From a virus (lineage: Duplodnaviria > Caudoviricetes): a stretch of DNA of 34,770 nucleotides. The stretch is from positions 1 through 34,770 of the IMG/VR virus record IMGVR_UViG_3300044775_000056. One strand, 5' to 3'. A program made the translations under genes and the position numbers. The notes beneath the pieces were generated by a model. It worked only from the letters and a program-made list of their open reading frames with translations, searched no databases and was not told where the DNA came from. Shown piece by piece: positions 16,358-25,548 of this stretch; positions within the stretch are counted from its first letter, which is position 1, and every line of letters begins with the position of its first letter.

Positions 16358-19300
16358 GGGTTGGCGAACCGGACCAGCTCGGTGCGCGAAGCGACGTCGC
16401 GCTTGGCGACGCCGCGCACCCCGTAGAGGTTTGGCTGCGCATTGATGCGGGCCTGCTCTCGGAGGCGCTGCTGAATCATCTGGCCGGTGATCGGATCGGC
16501 TGGGTTCTCGGTGTTGAACCGCTTGATCTCCTCGATGACCCCCTTGCGGTCGGCGGGCGCCGCCTGCACCAGCCGTTTGAGGATCTTACCGTGGGTGTGC
16601 TCCGACACCTGCTCGGCGAGCTGGATGACGCTGCGACCCGCACGCGCATCCGACACACTCGACGGGATAAACCCGAGGCCCTTAGTGATAGCAGCCCCGG
16701 CAGAGAACCTGTCGGCCGGCAGGATCGTCAGATCGCCGCGCGGCGTCGTCACCCCCCGGTCGCTCCAGACCCAAGCTTCCGCCGGGTCGCGAACAATGCG
16801 CGGCATCATCTTAGCGATAGTTTCCCGGCGCATGTCGCCGCCGATAATCTTGCCTGCCGACTCGACCATGCCGGCCGCCGTGTCGCCGGAGGCGCCGGTG
16901 ATAACCTGGACCGCAAGCTCCATCATTCCGGTCTTGTCGAACGACCTCAACTCGGGAACACCCAGGAGATTGGTGAACTGCAACGAGCGGTGCACATCGA
17001 GGCCGGCGGCCATCGGGACGCCGCGAGCAAACATATCGGCGACGGTCTTGCTGCCGGTCATGTCGCGGACCCAGTTGCGGCTCTGTGCCTCCCACATCGA
17101 GGCGGTGCTCGGCCGATCCCCACCGGACACCCAATCATATAGGCCAAGGCCGAACATCACCGGCAACGAGCCGAACACCGAGGCCGCGACGCCGCCGTAG
17201 AGGACGGCGTGGCTGGCCTGGAGGAGGGCGAGGGCTTTGTAAGCCTCGCGGCGCTCGACCGACCCAGCCGCATTGCGGATACCGGCCGCCAGCAGGTTGC
17301 CCTGCACACCGTACATGTGCAGCCCGAACTGCTTGAACTGGGTGACCAGCGGCGCGAACCTGCCGGCCGCCCCCTGCACCGTCGCGAGGCGCGACTTGTT
17401 GTGGAAGTTGTAGTCGGGCTGGCTGTCGCGAGCCATCTGCATGGCGTAGTCGAGCGCCCCGTTGACGTCCTTCCCGCCGTTCTTCTTCAGCTCCAGCACA
17501 AAGGCAGCCTTGGCGGTCCCGACCCGCATCATGCTGTCGAGCGCGTGGTCGCCGGCGCCGGCCACGTCGAGAAAGCGCGAGATAAACCCCAGCTCCTGAC
17601 CCAGAATCTTCGCGCCGAACCCTTGTGGCCCGGCCATGCGCTGAAGCTCGCGCATTTTTGTGTGGTCGATCAGGTTGGCTTGATTGAGCCGGTCGATCAA
17701 CAGGTCGACATGCGCGGCGGCGATATCGGAGCCGGGGCGCTTCAACCGGGCGCGGTAGAGGTCCGACAGAATCCAGTTGGCAGCCTTAAACTCGCGGTTC
17801 CACGCCGCCATAGCATTACGACCGGCGGCGCCGGCCGCCGTGCCGGACAGCTCGGCGAAGGCGCTGGTGACGGCACCAGCGGCGGCAAGATTGTGCCGCG
17901 CCGCAATGAGGCTGGTCGCGGCTATGTGGGTGCCGGCGAGGTTCATCACGTAATACGCCGGCCGCAGCAGGGTGTTCAGCACGGTCAGCGACGTTAGGCC
18001 GCGCGTTCCCCGACCGGTCCAGTCAGCCGAGACATCGCCATCGGCCGGGGCCATGCGGCGGCGCAACTCCTCGGCGCCGGTCTGCGCGATCGCTACATCG
18101 CGGGCGCTAGCCGGAGCTGACGCCGGACCACGATTCGGCCCCCGCAGACCCAGTACTTCACGGTCGACCTGATACAGCGTCCGGACCGCCTCGCCACCGT
18201 GCGTCAGGTGCCCGATGCGGGCGGTGTGCGCCAGAAAATCGACGAGCAGGTTGCGCGCCTGGTCGGTCGAGGCGCCGGCGATACCTTCCCGCTTCATCGT
18301 GCGGGTCGCGGCGCGGGTGCCCTGCTGGATCAGCTGCCCGGCGTACATGTCCCGCAACACATCACGCGCCGTACCGGTCAGCCCAGCGCGGTCCATCGCC
18401 CGGTCGAGGGTGGAGAGCGCCTGCTGCGGCACCAGGTCTCTGGGCAGAGCCTTAGATTTTACAAAGACTTGGCTCACGTCGCTGCGCTTCGTCAGCAAAT
18501 CGTCCCGGAACAGCCGCGCCGCCGAGGCGGTCTCGAACATCTGGACGATGTAGTTCGACTTGCCGTGCTCGCCGGCCGAGACGATGTACTCGCCGTGCCG
18601 GCGAAGTGGGAAATAGTCGCCGTCGACAAACCCTGCCTTCTGCGACTCGGCGATCAGTTTGACCAGATCGGACTTGGTCTTCCACCTCTCGCCCATCATC
18701 CGGGCAACCGGAGTAGCATCAGCCCGGGCCAGGACATCCTCAACGCCTTGGCGGGTCCGCATCTGCTCGCGGATCACATCGTGCTCGGCAGCTTTCAGGT
18801 CCGGGAACGACCGCTCGACGAAGTCCTTGACCGCCGCCTCGCGCTCGGCCCGGTACAGCTCGTTGTGGTACTCGTTGACCTCGCGGTAGGTCTGCCGCGC
18901 AGCGGGGTCGAGCGCGTCGAACCGGTCCTGTAATGCGCGCTGAATATCAATCTGATCCTGGGTCCGCACATGACCGTTGCGCGACGGCTCGATCACCGAC
19001 ATCCCGGCCTGTGTCGCATCGGTCATCAGTATGTTGACCGCCCTCGCGTCGGGCCCTTCGGTCAGCTCCTTGCGCAGCCGCATCGCCTTGTCGATGCTCG
19101 CCTCTTTCCGCGCCTCGCCATTGGGACCATGCGTCGTGATCTCGCGCATCCGCTCGGTCTCGGACGTGCGCGTCACGTTTTGCAATGCCCTGCGATGCGC
19201 CGTGACCGATGGCGTCAAGTGCCTAATAAAATCGTGGATCGCGCTCGTCGTGGCGCCTTGCATCGCGCCGCGCAACCCGACGCGCCAAACCGTATCGAGC

Positions 19301-22300
19301 TTGTCGCCGGCGGCAGTCCGACCAACTTCACGCAGGTTCTTGAGGCTAAGCTCGTCCCGCAACTCGGGCCTAACCTCAAGGACATCACGGTTAGCCTTGA
19401 TGCTCTCGGCGCGGGCCTTCATCAGCTCGGCCCGATAGTGGCCGCCCATCTCGGTGATATCAGCCAGCGGCCGAAAGACGTGGTCGAGGATCGAGTCGTT
19501 ACCCGGCAGCCCGAAAATCTGACGGACCGTGCGCTTGAAGGCGTCCCACAATGACGAGACGCCTCGCGACCCCAGCCCGGCGCTGTCCAGCATCGCCTTC
19601 AGTTGCGGGCTGGCCTTGGTTTGGGACAATACCCGGGCGACCCCAGGCTCGGTAAAGACCTGGGTGATAATCTCGTGCGGCGCCCCCCCGACATATTCGC
19701 GCGTCGCGTACCCGACCGACCGCCGTTCCGCGTCGGTCATCGAGATATTGCGGTCGTTGAGGACTTGGGTGATCTCGTCGGAAATCGCGCGCAACGCGGT
19801 CTTGTGCGCCACCTCGCGGGAAGACAGGTTGATCTCGGGGGTATTAAAAACTCGGTGGACGTAATCGACCGTGGCGCCGTGCAGTCCCTCGTGCAACAGC
19901 GTTGTCAGGGCGCTACTAGAGGGTCTCTTCCGGATCGCCTTGGCGTTGAGTTCAAGGGTTCCAGACGCCGGGTCGTACCGGCCGTAAACCCCGTCGCCAA
20001 GGTCTTTATTAACGACCTCCAGGTTCGGCAGTATCCGCTTTAGAACGCTGGCCAGCGCGATATGCTGCGGCACAAACAACCGCGTCGGCCCGCTATTAAT
20101 TACATCGTCGAGAAACCCGTGGAGTTTGCCGCCTTCGCCTTCCAGCCGCCGCAGTATCGGCTCGTTAACCTCGGGCCGCGTCGCCCGGTACGCCATAGCC
20201 TGCCCGGTCGTGTCGCCCAATACGCGCGCCTCGGGCATCGGCGGCGGCACGCCGCTTTCCTCGGCCCGCCGGAGTTCCTCGAACTCGCGCAGCGCCGCTT
20301 CGTAGCGGGCGCGGTTCGCCCGCACCGCGTCTTCCTGCTTGAGCAGTTGCGCGACGCGCTGGCGCAACTCATTGCGCACTTTAGAAGACCGCAGGTCCTG
20401 GCCGGTTTGCTCGGCGATAGAACGCAACGCCGTCTGTAGGTCGGCCTCGGTGCTAGGCTTCTCGACCGTCTCCAAAGCGGCACGCAGATAGTCGCCCAAG
20501 TCGCGGTGCTGGCGCGGCGCGCCAGGCCCCCGCCCGGCCTCGCCGACGTCTTTCTGGACGCCGTACTCGCGGTGCGCCCTGGCGACCGACATGCGGCCCG
20601 CCACCACCTCCGACATCAATGCTGGGGCGATGCGCTCGGAGACATTGGTGCCGACCGGCCGCTCCGACCCCGGTCTCGGCTGCGGTACGTCGCGTGCCAC
20701 GCCGGTGCGGATGCCCGCCTTATCCTCGATTTCGACGCGCGCGCCGCGGGACATTGGGGTCGAAGTCGACCTGGTCGACTGCGCCGGCTGAGTTGTTACA
20801 TCCGCCGCCTCGCCAGGGGTGGCGTAGGCGCCGGCTTTGGTGCGCGGACCGGTCGTCTCCTGACGGTAGAGGTCGCGCAGCTCGGCGACTTTCATCGTCC
20901 TGGTGTACGACGGCCCCAGCCCCAGCTCGCGCAACGCACCGCGCAGTTCGGTCGCGGTCATCTGCTCGGCGGGCTTGGCGGCGGCGCGCTCAGCGGTGCG
21001 CAGCGGCCCCGCCAGACTGCTTCCCGGGATACCGCCGCCGCTACTACGCGTAGTAGGGGAGGGGCTATTTTTCGTACGATCTGACTCGGCACTTGTTACA
21101 GTTGTTTCGGTCTCGGTTTGTTCAGGTTTCGCCTTTTCTGCCCGCCGCGCAGCGCCCTTAGCCTTGACCTCTTCAGCCTTGGTAGGTGTTTCACCTGACG
21201 GTGTCTCAGGCACCGCATCACGACCCACTTCAGCCGCCGGCTTAGCCTCAGCAGCTGCCGGCGGCGCTTCTTTTACAGGTTCTATATTTTCGGGTCGCCG
21301 TGTCGCCTCGGCCGACCGGGCACGGGCAAACTCGACTGCTTGCTGCGGCGTGTCGCCAACCGAGATCACATGACCGTCGGCGGCTTTGACCACATGCCCG
21401 ACGCCGCCATGGTCCGGCTCGACCGTCCAGCCCTCGGGGGTACGTGGCCCCGGCGGGGTGGCGGTAGGACCGCGCGTCGAAGGCTCGGGTGCTGCCGGCT
21501 GCTCGACCGTGCCGATCGGGCGCAATGCCGCCTCGCCCGGCTGAAACGGACGCGGTGCGGCAGGGGTCGGCTCGACCGTGCCGGGCAATTCCGGCTGTGC
21601 ACCGGGTGGGCGCGCGCCCAGCTGCGGCTCGCCCAACCCCGGGATCGGCGGCTCGGCCCCCGGCCGTGGCACAGGCGGCTCGTTGCGCGGGATGTTCAGC
21701 TGCGTCTCGGCGATCGGCAGTTCGAGCTGCGGCCCGCCGACCGGCGTGGGGCGCACAGGCCCGCCGCCTGAAGGCGAAGGCGGGGGTGGCGGCGGCATTG
21801 GTTCTGGTCCGACGGGCGGCGGCACGGCGGCAGTCGCTTCCGGCGGGCGCCCAGCCAGATCGAGTTCGCCCTGCACCGGCTCGGGGCCTCGGGGGACCGG
21901 CGGCACGATATCGCCCAGCGGCTGCCGGCCGGGACGAATGCCCGGTAACTCCATCTGCTCGCCCTGCACCGGCGGCCGCTCGCCGGTGCCGGAGGGCAGA
22001 GGCAATTCCATCTGCCCGGTTGGAGTCACCGGCGGCGGCCGCTCACCCCGGCCGCCGGTCAGCGGCAACTCGCCCTGCGTCGGCTGCGTCGCGTCGAGCG
22101 CCGCCGCCTGGTCGTCGGCTATACCGGGCGTAGCAGCGCGACGACGCGAGGCCGCGTAACCAATAGCGCCAACCGCCGGCCCGGCGATCACACCGGTTGC
22201 CGCCGCCTCGGCGAGCTGCTCCCCGGTCGGCGGCGTGTACTGACCGGTCGCCGCCGCCTTCGGCAACGGCTGCGCCAACTCGCCAGCGACATTGAGCAGA

Positions 22301-23196
22301 GGCATACCGACGGTCGCGCGAGCGACGTTGTTGGTAAAACTCTTACCAGCCGCGCCGTGCAAAAATGGCGCCGGAGCACCGGCTACCGCCGCCCCGACCG
22401 CTGCTCCAGTGGCAACCGCAGCAAGATCGCCTTCGTTTTCTTCCGCCGCACGATTGGCCCCCTCCATCGCGCCAAACACCACCATGCGCGGTACGCCAGC
22501 AAGCACATAACCCGCCAGCATCGGGACCATTTCACCGACCTTACCGGCGATATAACGCGGCGCGTTCGACGGGTCGTTAAAGGCCGCTACGACGCTCGGA
22601 ACAGTCGCGCCATACTCCTTAGCCGCCTCCTCCATGCGCTTTGCCAGCGCCGCCTTGTCGCTCTTAACGGTCGCCGCCATCCACTCGCTGCCGGTCCAAT
22701 CGGCTAGCTTCTGCTCAACGGCGTTGGCCACGCCTTCGAGCTGGTGCAGAGCCGAGACGGCGCCACGTTGAATACCGCGCCCAACCTCGCCGACGATCCC
22801 GGGTGGTGTCGGCGGCTTCTCTTCCTCTGCCCCGACGAGCTGCAACTCGGGCGCGTCCGGCACCCGCATCCGCTCCAACGCCGCCGGGTCCTGGCCGATA
22901 GAACCAAAAGAGGGGCGCGCGGTAGCGACGGCCTGCTGCCGCGATTCCGCCGCCAGGATCTCCTGCTGTAGCTTGGCCCGCTGCGACCCTTCGGGGTACT
23001 GACGCGACGTGCGTGCCCGAAGGTCGGCCATAACCGACGACGACGCCGGCAACGCCAGATCGCCACCGCCGCCAAAATCCTCGGCTACATCGTCGTCACC
23101 ACCGAGTGCCGATTGCGCAGGTAATGCCTGTAATGTCTGCCCTTGCGCGTACCCCAGCGAGGTGGACGGATCGAAGCCGTCTTCGAGCGCCGGCAC
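16354..23196 (-). CDS. Giant internal virion/ejection protein, large-polyvalent type (zincin HExxH, PLxRFG-like region)
   Basis: 2280 aa; last of three internal-protein-like genes; GVYGRY...LLHEGLH...HEII; YFPLRRHGEY; long Pro-rich low-complexity linker. Confidence 0.8.
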   Translation of the reverse strand: MPALEDGFDPSTSLGYAQGQTLQALPAQSALGGDDDVAEDFGGGGDLALPASSSVMADLRARTSRQYPEGSQRAKLQQEILAAESRQQAVATARPSFGSIGQDPAALERMRVPDAPELQLVGAEEEKPPTPPGIVGEVGRGIQRGAVSALHQLEGVANAVEQKLADWTGSEWMAATVKSDKAALAKRMEEAAKEYGATVPSVVAAFNDPSNAPRYIAGKVGEMVPMLAGYVLAGVPRMVVFGAMEGANRAAEENEGDLAAVATGAAVGAAVAGAPAPFLHGAAGKSFTNNVARATVGMPLLNVAGELAQPLPKAAATGQYTPPTGEQLAEAAATGVIAGPAVGAIGYAASRRRAATPGIADDQAAALDATQPTQGELPLTGGRGERPPPVTPTGQMELPLPSGTGERPPVQGEQMELPGIRPGRQPLGDIVPPVPRGPEPVQGELDLAGRPPEATAAVPPPVGPEPMPPPPPPSPSGGGPVRPTPVGGPQLELPIAETQLNIPRNEPPVPRPGAEPPIPGLGEPQLGARPPGAQPELPGTVEPTPAAPRPFQPGEAALRPIGTVEQPAAPEPSTRGPTATPPGPRTPEGWTVEPDHGGVGHVVKAADGHVISVGDTPQQAVEFARARSAEATRRPENIEPVKEAPPAAAEAKPAAEVGRDAVPETPSGETPTKAEEVKAKGAARRAEKAKPEQTETETTVTSAESDRTKNSPSPTTRSSGGGIPGSSLAGPLRTAERAAAKPAEQMTATELRGALRELGLGPSYTRTMKVAELRDLYRQETTGPRTKAGAYATPGEAADVTTQPAQSTRSTSTPMSRGARVEIEDKAGIRTGVARDVPQPRPGSERPVGTNVSERIAPALMSEVVAGRMSVARAHREYGVQKDVGEAGRGPGAPRQHRDLGDYLRAALETVEKPSTEADLQTALRSIAEQTGQDLRSSKVRNELRQRVAQLLKQEDAVRANRARYEAALREFEELRRAEESGVPPPMPEARVLGDTTGQAMAYRATRPEVNEPILRRLEGEGGKLHGFLDDVINSGPTRLFVPQHIALASVLKRILPNLEVVNKDLGDGVYGRYDPASGTLELNAKAIRKRPSSSALTTLLHEGLHGATVDYVHRVFNTPEINLSSREVAHKTALRAISDEITQVLNDRNISMTDAERRSVGYATREYVGGAPHEIITQVFTEPGVARVLSQTKASPQLKAMLDSAGLGSRGVSSLWDAFKRTVRQIFGLPGNDSILDHVFRPLADITEMGGHYRAELMKARAESIKANRDVLEVRPELRDELSLKNLREVGRTAAGDKLDTVWRVGLRGAMQGATTSAIHDFIRHLTPSVTAHRRALQNVTRTSETERMREITTHGPNGEARKEASIDKAMRLRKELTEGPDARAVNILMTDATQAGMSVIEPSRNGHVRTQDQIDIQRALQDRFDALDPAARQTYREVNEYHNELYRAEREAAVKDFVERSFPDLKAAEHDVIREQMRTRQGVEDVLARADATPVARMMGERWKTKSDLVKLIAESQKAGFVDGDYFPLRRHGEYIVSAGEHGKSNYIVQMFETASAARLFRDDLLTKRSDVSQVFVKSKALPRDLVPQQALSTLDRAMDRAGLTGTARDVLRDMYAGQLIQQGTRAATRTMKREGIAGASTDQARNLLVDFLAHTARIGHLTHGGEAVRTLYQVDREVLGLRGPNRGPASAPASARDVAIAQTGAEELRRRMAPADGDVSADWTGRGTRGLTSLTVLNTLLRPAYYVMNLAGTHIAATSLIAARHNLAAAGAVTSAFAELSGTAAGAAGRNAMAAWNREFKAANWILSDLYRARLKRPGSDIAAAHVDLLIDRLNQANLIDHTKMRELQRMAGPQGFGAKILGQELGFISRFLDVAGAGDHALDSMMRVGTAKAAFVLELKKNGGKDVNGALDYAMQMARDSQPDYNFHNKSRLATVQGAAGRFAPLVTQFKQFGLHMYGVQGNLLAAGIRNAAGSVERREAYKALALLQASHAVLYGGVAASVFGSLPVMFGLGLYDWVSGGDRPSTASMWEAQSRNWVRDMTGSKTVADMFARGVPMAAGLDVHRSLQFTNLLGVPELRSFDKTGMMELAVQVITGASGDTAAGMVESAGKIIGGDMRRETIAKMMPRIVRDPAEAWVWSDRGVTTPRGDLTILPADRFSAGAAITKGLGFIPSSVSDARAGRSVIQLAEQVSEHTHGKILKRLVQAAPADRKGVIEEIKRFNTENPADPITGQMIQQRLREQARINAQPNLYGVRGVAKRDVASRTELVRFANP
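21580..22077 (-). repeat. Array of Q-x-E-L-P/D-L-like peptide repeats
   Basis: QGELPL, QMELPL, QMELPG, QGELDL, QLELPI, QLNIP and QPELPG within a Pro/Gly-rich stretch. Confidence 0.85.
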
Positions 23197-23199
23197 GGG

Positions 23200-25545
23200 T
23201 CAGCGCCCCGCCGCAGGTGGCGGCGTAGCGCCAATGCGGGGCGGCGGCGCCGCCGGCGCCGCCGGGGCAAACCGCTGCGCCGCATAAGGACTGAGGTAGG
23301 CAACCGGTCGGTTGGTCGCCCGGTCGACCACCAGCCCGCCGCCATCGTTAGCGGCTTCTACCTTGAACCGGCCGCCCTTCGACCTAGTGGTGAGATCGAC
23401 GGCGATGTCCTTACTCACACCGCCACCCATCCGGTCGTTGTTCAACATCATGTCCTTGAACAGGTCGATCTGCTGGGCCAGCGCCGGGGTCATCTCGGTC
23501 TTATTCCCGGTCAGGTCTTGCAGACCGAAAAACTTTTCTACCTGGCTGTCGATATGGGCGACGCGCGGATCGACCTTACCGGCACCGGCGCCGGGTGCGG
23601 CTTTGCCCGCCAGCACCGCGCGGTAGTGCAATGTCTGTGTTTCGGCGCTCTGGTCGGCGCGCCGTTCAAGCGACGGTAAGAGATTCCGCTTGTAGTGAGC
23701 GTCGGCTTCCTTGTCGGCGATCTCGGCGTTGGTCTTCTGCGACTCGCGGACCGTCTTCATAAATGCTTGCGGATCGCGGGTGATATTCATCATGCCGAGG
23801 AGTTTTTCCTTCGTGACCTCGAACGGGGCACCGGTCGGCTTGCGGGTATCTTCGTTGTACCGCTGCCCGATAATGCCCTTGGGCGTGACGTGAAACTGGG
23901 CGAGGCCGCCGTCGGGCGCGGCGAAGTAACCCATCGCAAGCTGCCGCGCGGCGCCCTCGTTGTCGCCCAGCTCCATCATCTTATAGGCGCTCATCAGCGC
24001 CTGGTTAGAGCCGACGTGCGACATCTGAAAGATCATCTCGCGGGCGCGCTGCGCCCCCTCGACGTCTCCCGTCCGCATAAACGCCGAAACCATCGAGTTC
24101 TCGATAGCGCGCCAACTGTCATTAGGCGTCATGCCTCGGGGGACGTTGTTGACCATGTAAGAAAAAAAGCCGCCGACATTGCCGGACTTAGACGCCTGGA
24201 TTGCCGCCTGCGCCGTCGCGGTCGGCGTCAATGTGCCGGCATCGGTGAGGCGCAGCGCCTGCGGCGCCGACCCGGGCTTGGCGTCCGGGTCGATACCCTC
24301 ACGCACAAATGTCTGAGCCTCGGCCGGCAGATGCCGCAGCTGCTCCTGCCGCGTCATGCGCGACAGCTCATTAACCCGACCGGGGTCAAGGTAATAGGCG
24401 GCGATGGAAGAGGGGGTCCGTGCGCCGTACATATCCCGGGTCTCGCGGTACTTCAGCGCGCCGACGATCAGGTTGGTGTGCGGGTCCTCGGCGGAAATCG
24501 GGTTACCCTGACGGTCCCGGAACAGTTCCGGACGTTCTTTTTGGTAGCGCGCAATATCGGCCTCGGTCAGCCCGGCTAGCCCAACCCGGCCTTTCTCGTT
24601 GTAATTCGGATCACCCTTACTGGCGGCATAGACCAGGTTGGCGTAGTCCCAAGAACCGATGCCGGCGGCCGTCGCCGCCTGGATGATGCCGTCGTGCAAA
24701 GCGGGGTCTGACTTCTCCAACTCGACCAGGAACCGCGGGCTGATCGACGCCTTCGCAGTCGCGTCGGGGTATTCCTCGCGGCTGCGGCTTCGGGTTGCCG
24801 ATGTCGGCGTACCCGGCGCGCCCTTTGGTTTGATCGGAGCCTTCGGGTCGAACTTCGGCGCTGGAGCTGGGGCGGGTGCCGCCGTCGGCTTGTCACTACT
24901 GGTAGTAACTGCCGCCGCCGCCGGTTTTCTGTCGCCGGGCGGCCTACTGCTATTGTCGACAACCGCCGCAACGACGTTGCTAAGAACGCTCGGCGCGCCC
25001 TCGACCTTTGGCTCGGCACCCGTTTCGCGCGCCTCAAGAATAGCGCGGGTCGCAGGGGAGGCACTGGCCGCGCCGGTGCGCTGTAGATACTCATCCTTTG
25101 CGCTCAAGCCGGGCCGGGGCGACGGCTGTTCCGGCGGGTTGATGTCCTCGTAACCCACGCGCGGCGTCGACGACGGACCCGTAGCCGAGGGCGCCGGCAT
25201 CGCACCTTGAACCGCGCCGGCGGCCTGTGTCGCCATGTCGCCCAGTGCCGAGGGCGTAACCCGGGCAATAGGCGGCGGCGCGACACCCGGCTCCTCCTGG
25301 TCCGACACCGCCTGCATCCGCGACGCAGGTTGCTGAGCCGAAGTAGGTGGCAACTGTGCGGCCTGATACATCTGCTGGGCGGTACCAGCCAAAGACGAGG
25401 GCGTGATCCGATCGGGCATCGGCGGCGCCAGGGCCGGCTCCTCCCGGTCAGACACCGCGATCATCCGCGACGCGGGTTCCCGCGCCGAGGGCGGCGGGAT
25501 CTGAGACCTCGCCCATTCGTACAGATCGTCGAGCGCGCTCGGCAT
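23200..25545 (-). CDS. Internal virion protein with degenerate SLT-like transglycosylase domain
   Basis: IIQAA...GI......LVYAASKGDPN......GLAGL...DPHTNLIVGA...SIAAYY follows SLT motif order. Confidence 0.7.
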   Translation of the reverse strand: MPSALDDLYEWARSQIPPPSAREPASRMIAVSDREEPALAPPMPDRITPSSLAGTAQQMYQAAQLPPTSAQQPASRMQAVSDQEEPGVAPPPIARVTPSALGDMATQAAGAVQGAMPAPSATGPSSTPRVGYEDINPPEQPSPRPGLSAKDEYLQRTGAASASPATRAILEARETGAEPKVEGAPSVLSNVVAAVVDNSSRPPGDRKPAAAAVTTSSDKPTAAPAPAPAPKFDPKAPIKPKGAPGTPTSATRSRSREEYPDATAKASISPRFLVELEKSDPALHDGIIQAATAAGIGSWDYANLVYAASKGDPNYNEKGRVGLAGLTEADIARYQKERPELFRDRQGNPISAEDPHTNLIVGALKYRETRDMYGARTPSSIAAYYLDPGRVNELSRMTRQEQLRHLPAEAQTFVREGIDPDAKPGSAPQALRLTDAGTLTPTATAQAAIQASKSGNVGGFFSYMVNNVPRGMTPNDSWRAIENSMVSAFMRTGDVEGAQRAREMIFQMSHVGSNQALMSAYKMMELGDNEGAARQLAMGYFAAPDGGLAQFHVTPKGIIGQRYNEDTRKPTGAPFEVTKEKLLGMMNITRDPQAFMKTVRESQKTNAEIADKEADAHYKRNLLPSLERRADQSAETQTLHYRAVLAGKAAPGAGAGKVDPRVAHIDSQVEKFFGLQDLTGNKTEMTPALAQQIDLFKDMMLNNDRMGGGVSKDIAVDLTTRSKGGRFKVEAANDGGGLVVDRATNRPVAYLSPYAAQRFAPAAPAAPPPRIGATPPPAAGR
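25225..25503 (-). repeat. Tandem 49-aa (147-nt) duplication
   Basis: QIPPPSAREPASRMIAVSDREEPALAPP..RITPSSL versus QLPPTSAQQPASRMQAVSDQEEPGVAPP..RVTPSAL. Confidence 0.85.
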
Positions 25546-25548
25546 GGC

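Noticed and set aside
15742-17142. 466-aa + strand ORF and other long + strand ORFs opposite the virion genes
   Set aside because: Antisense shadows expected in GC-rich coding DNA; no motifs, and the - strand genes have RBSs and coupling.
23458-23475. QQIDLF in the 781-aa protein (and ELDLF in the 60-aa ORF) as clamp motifs
   Set aside because: Single occurrences, the first probably in a helix; too weak alone.
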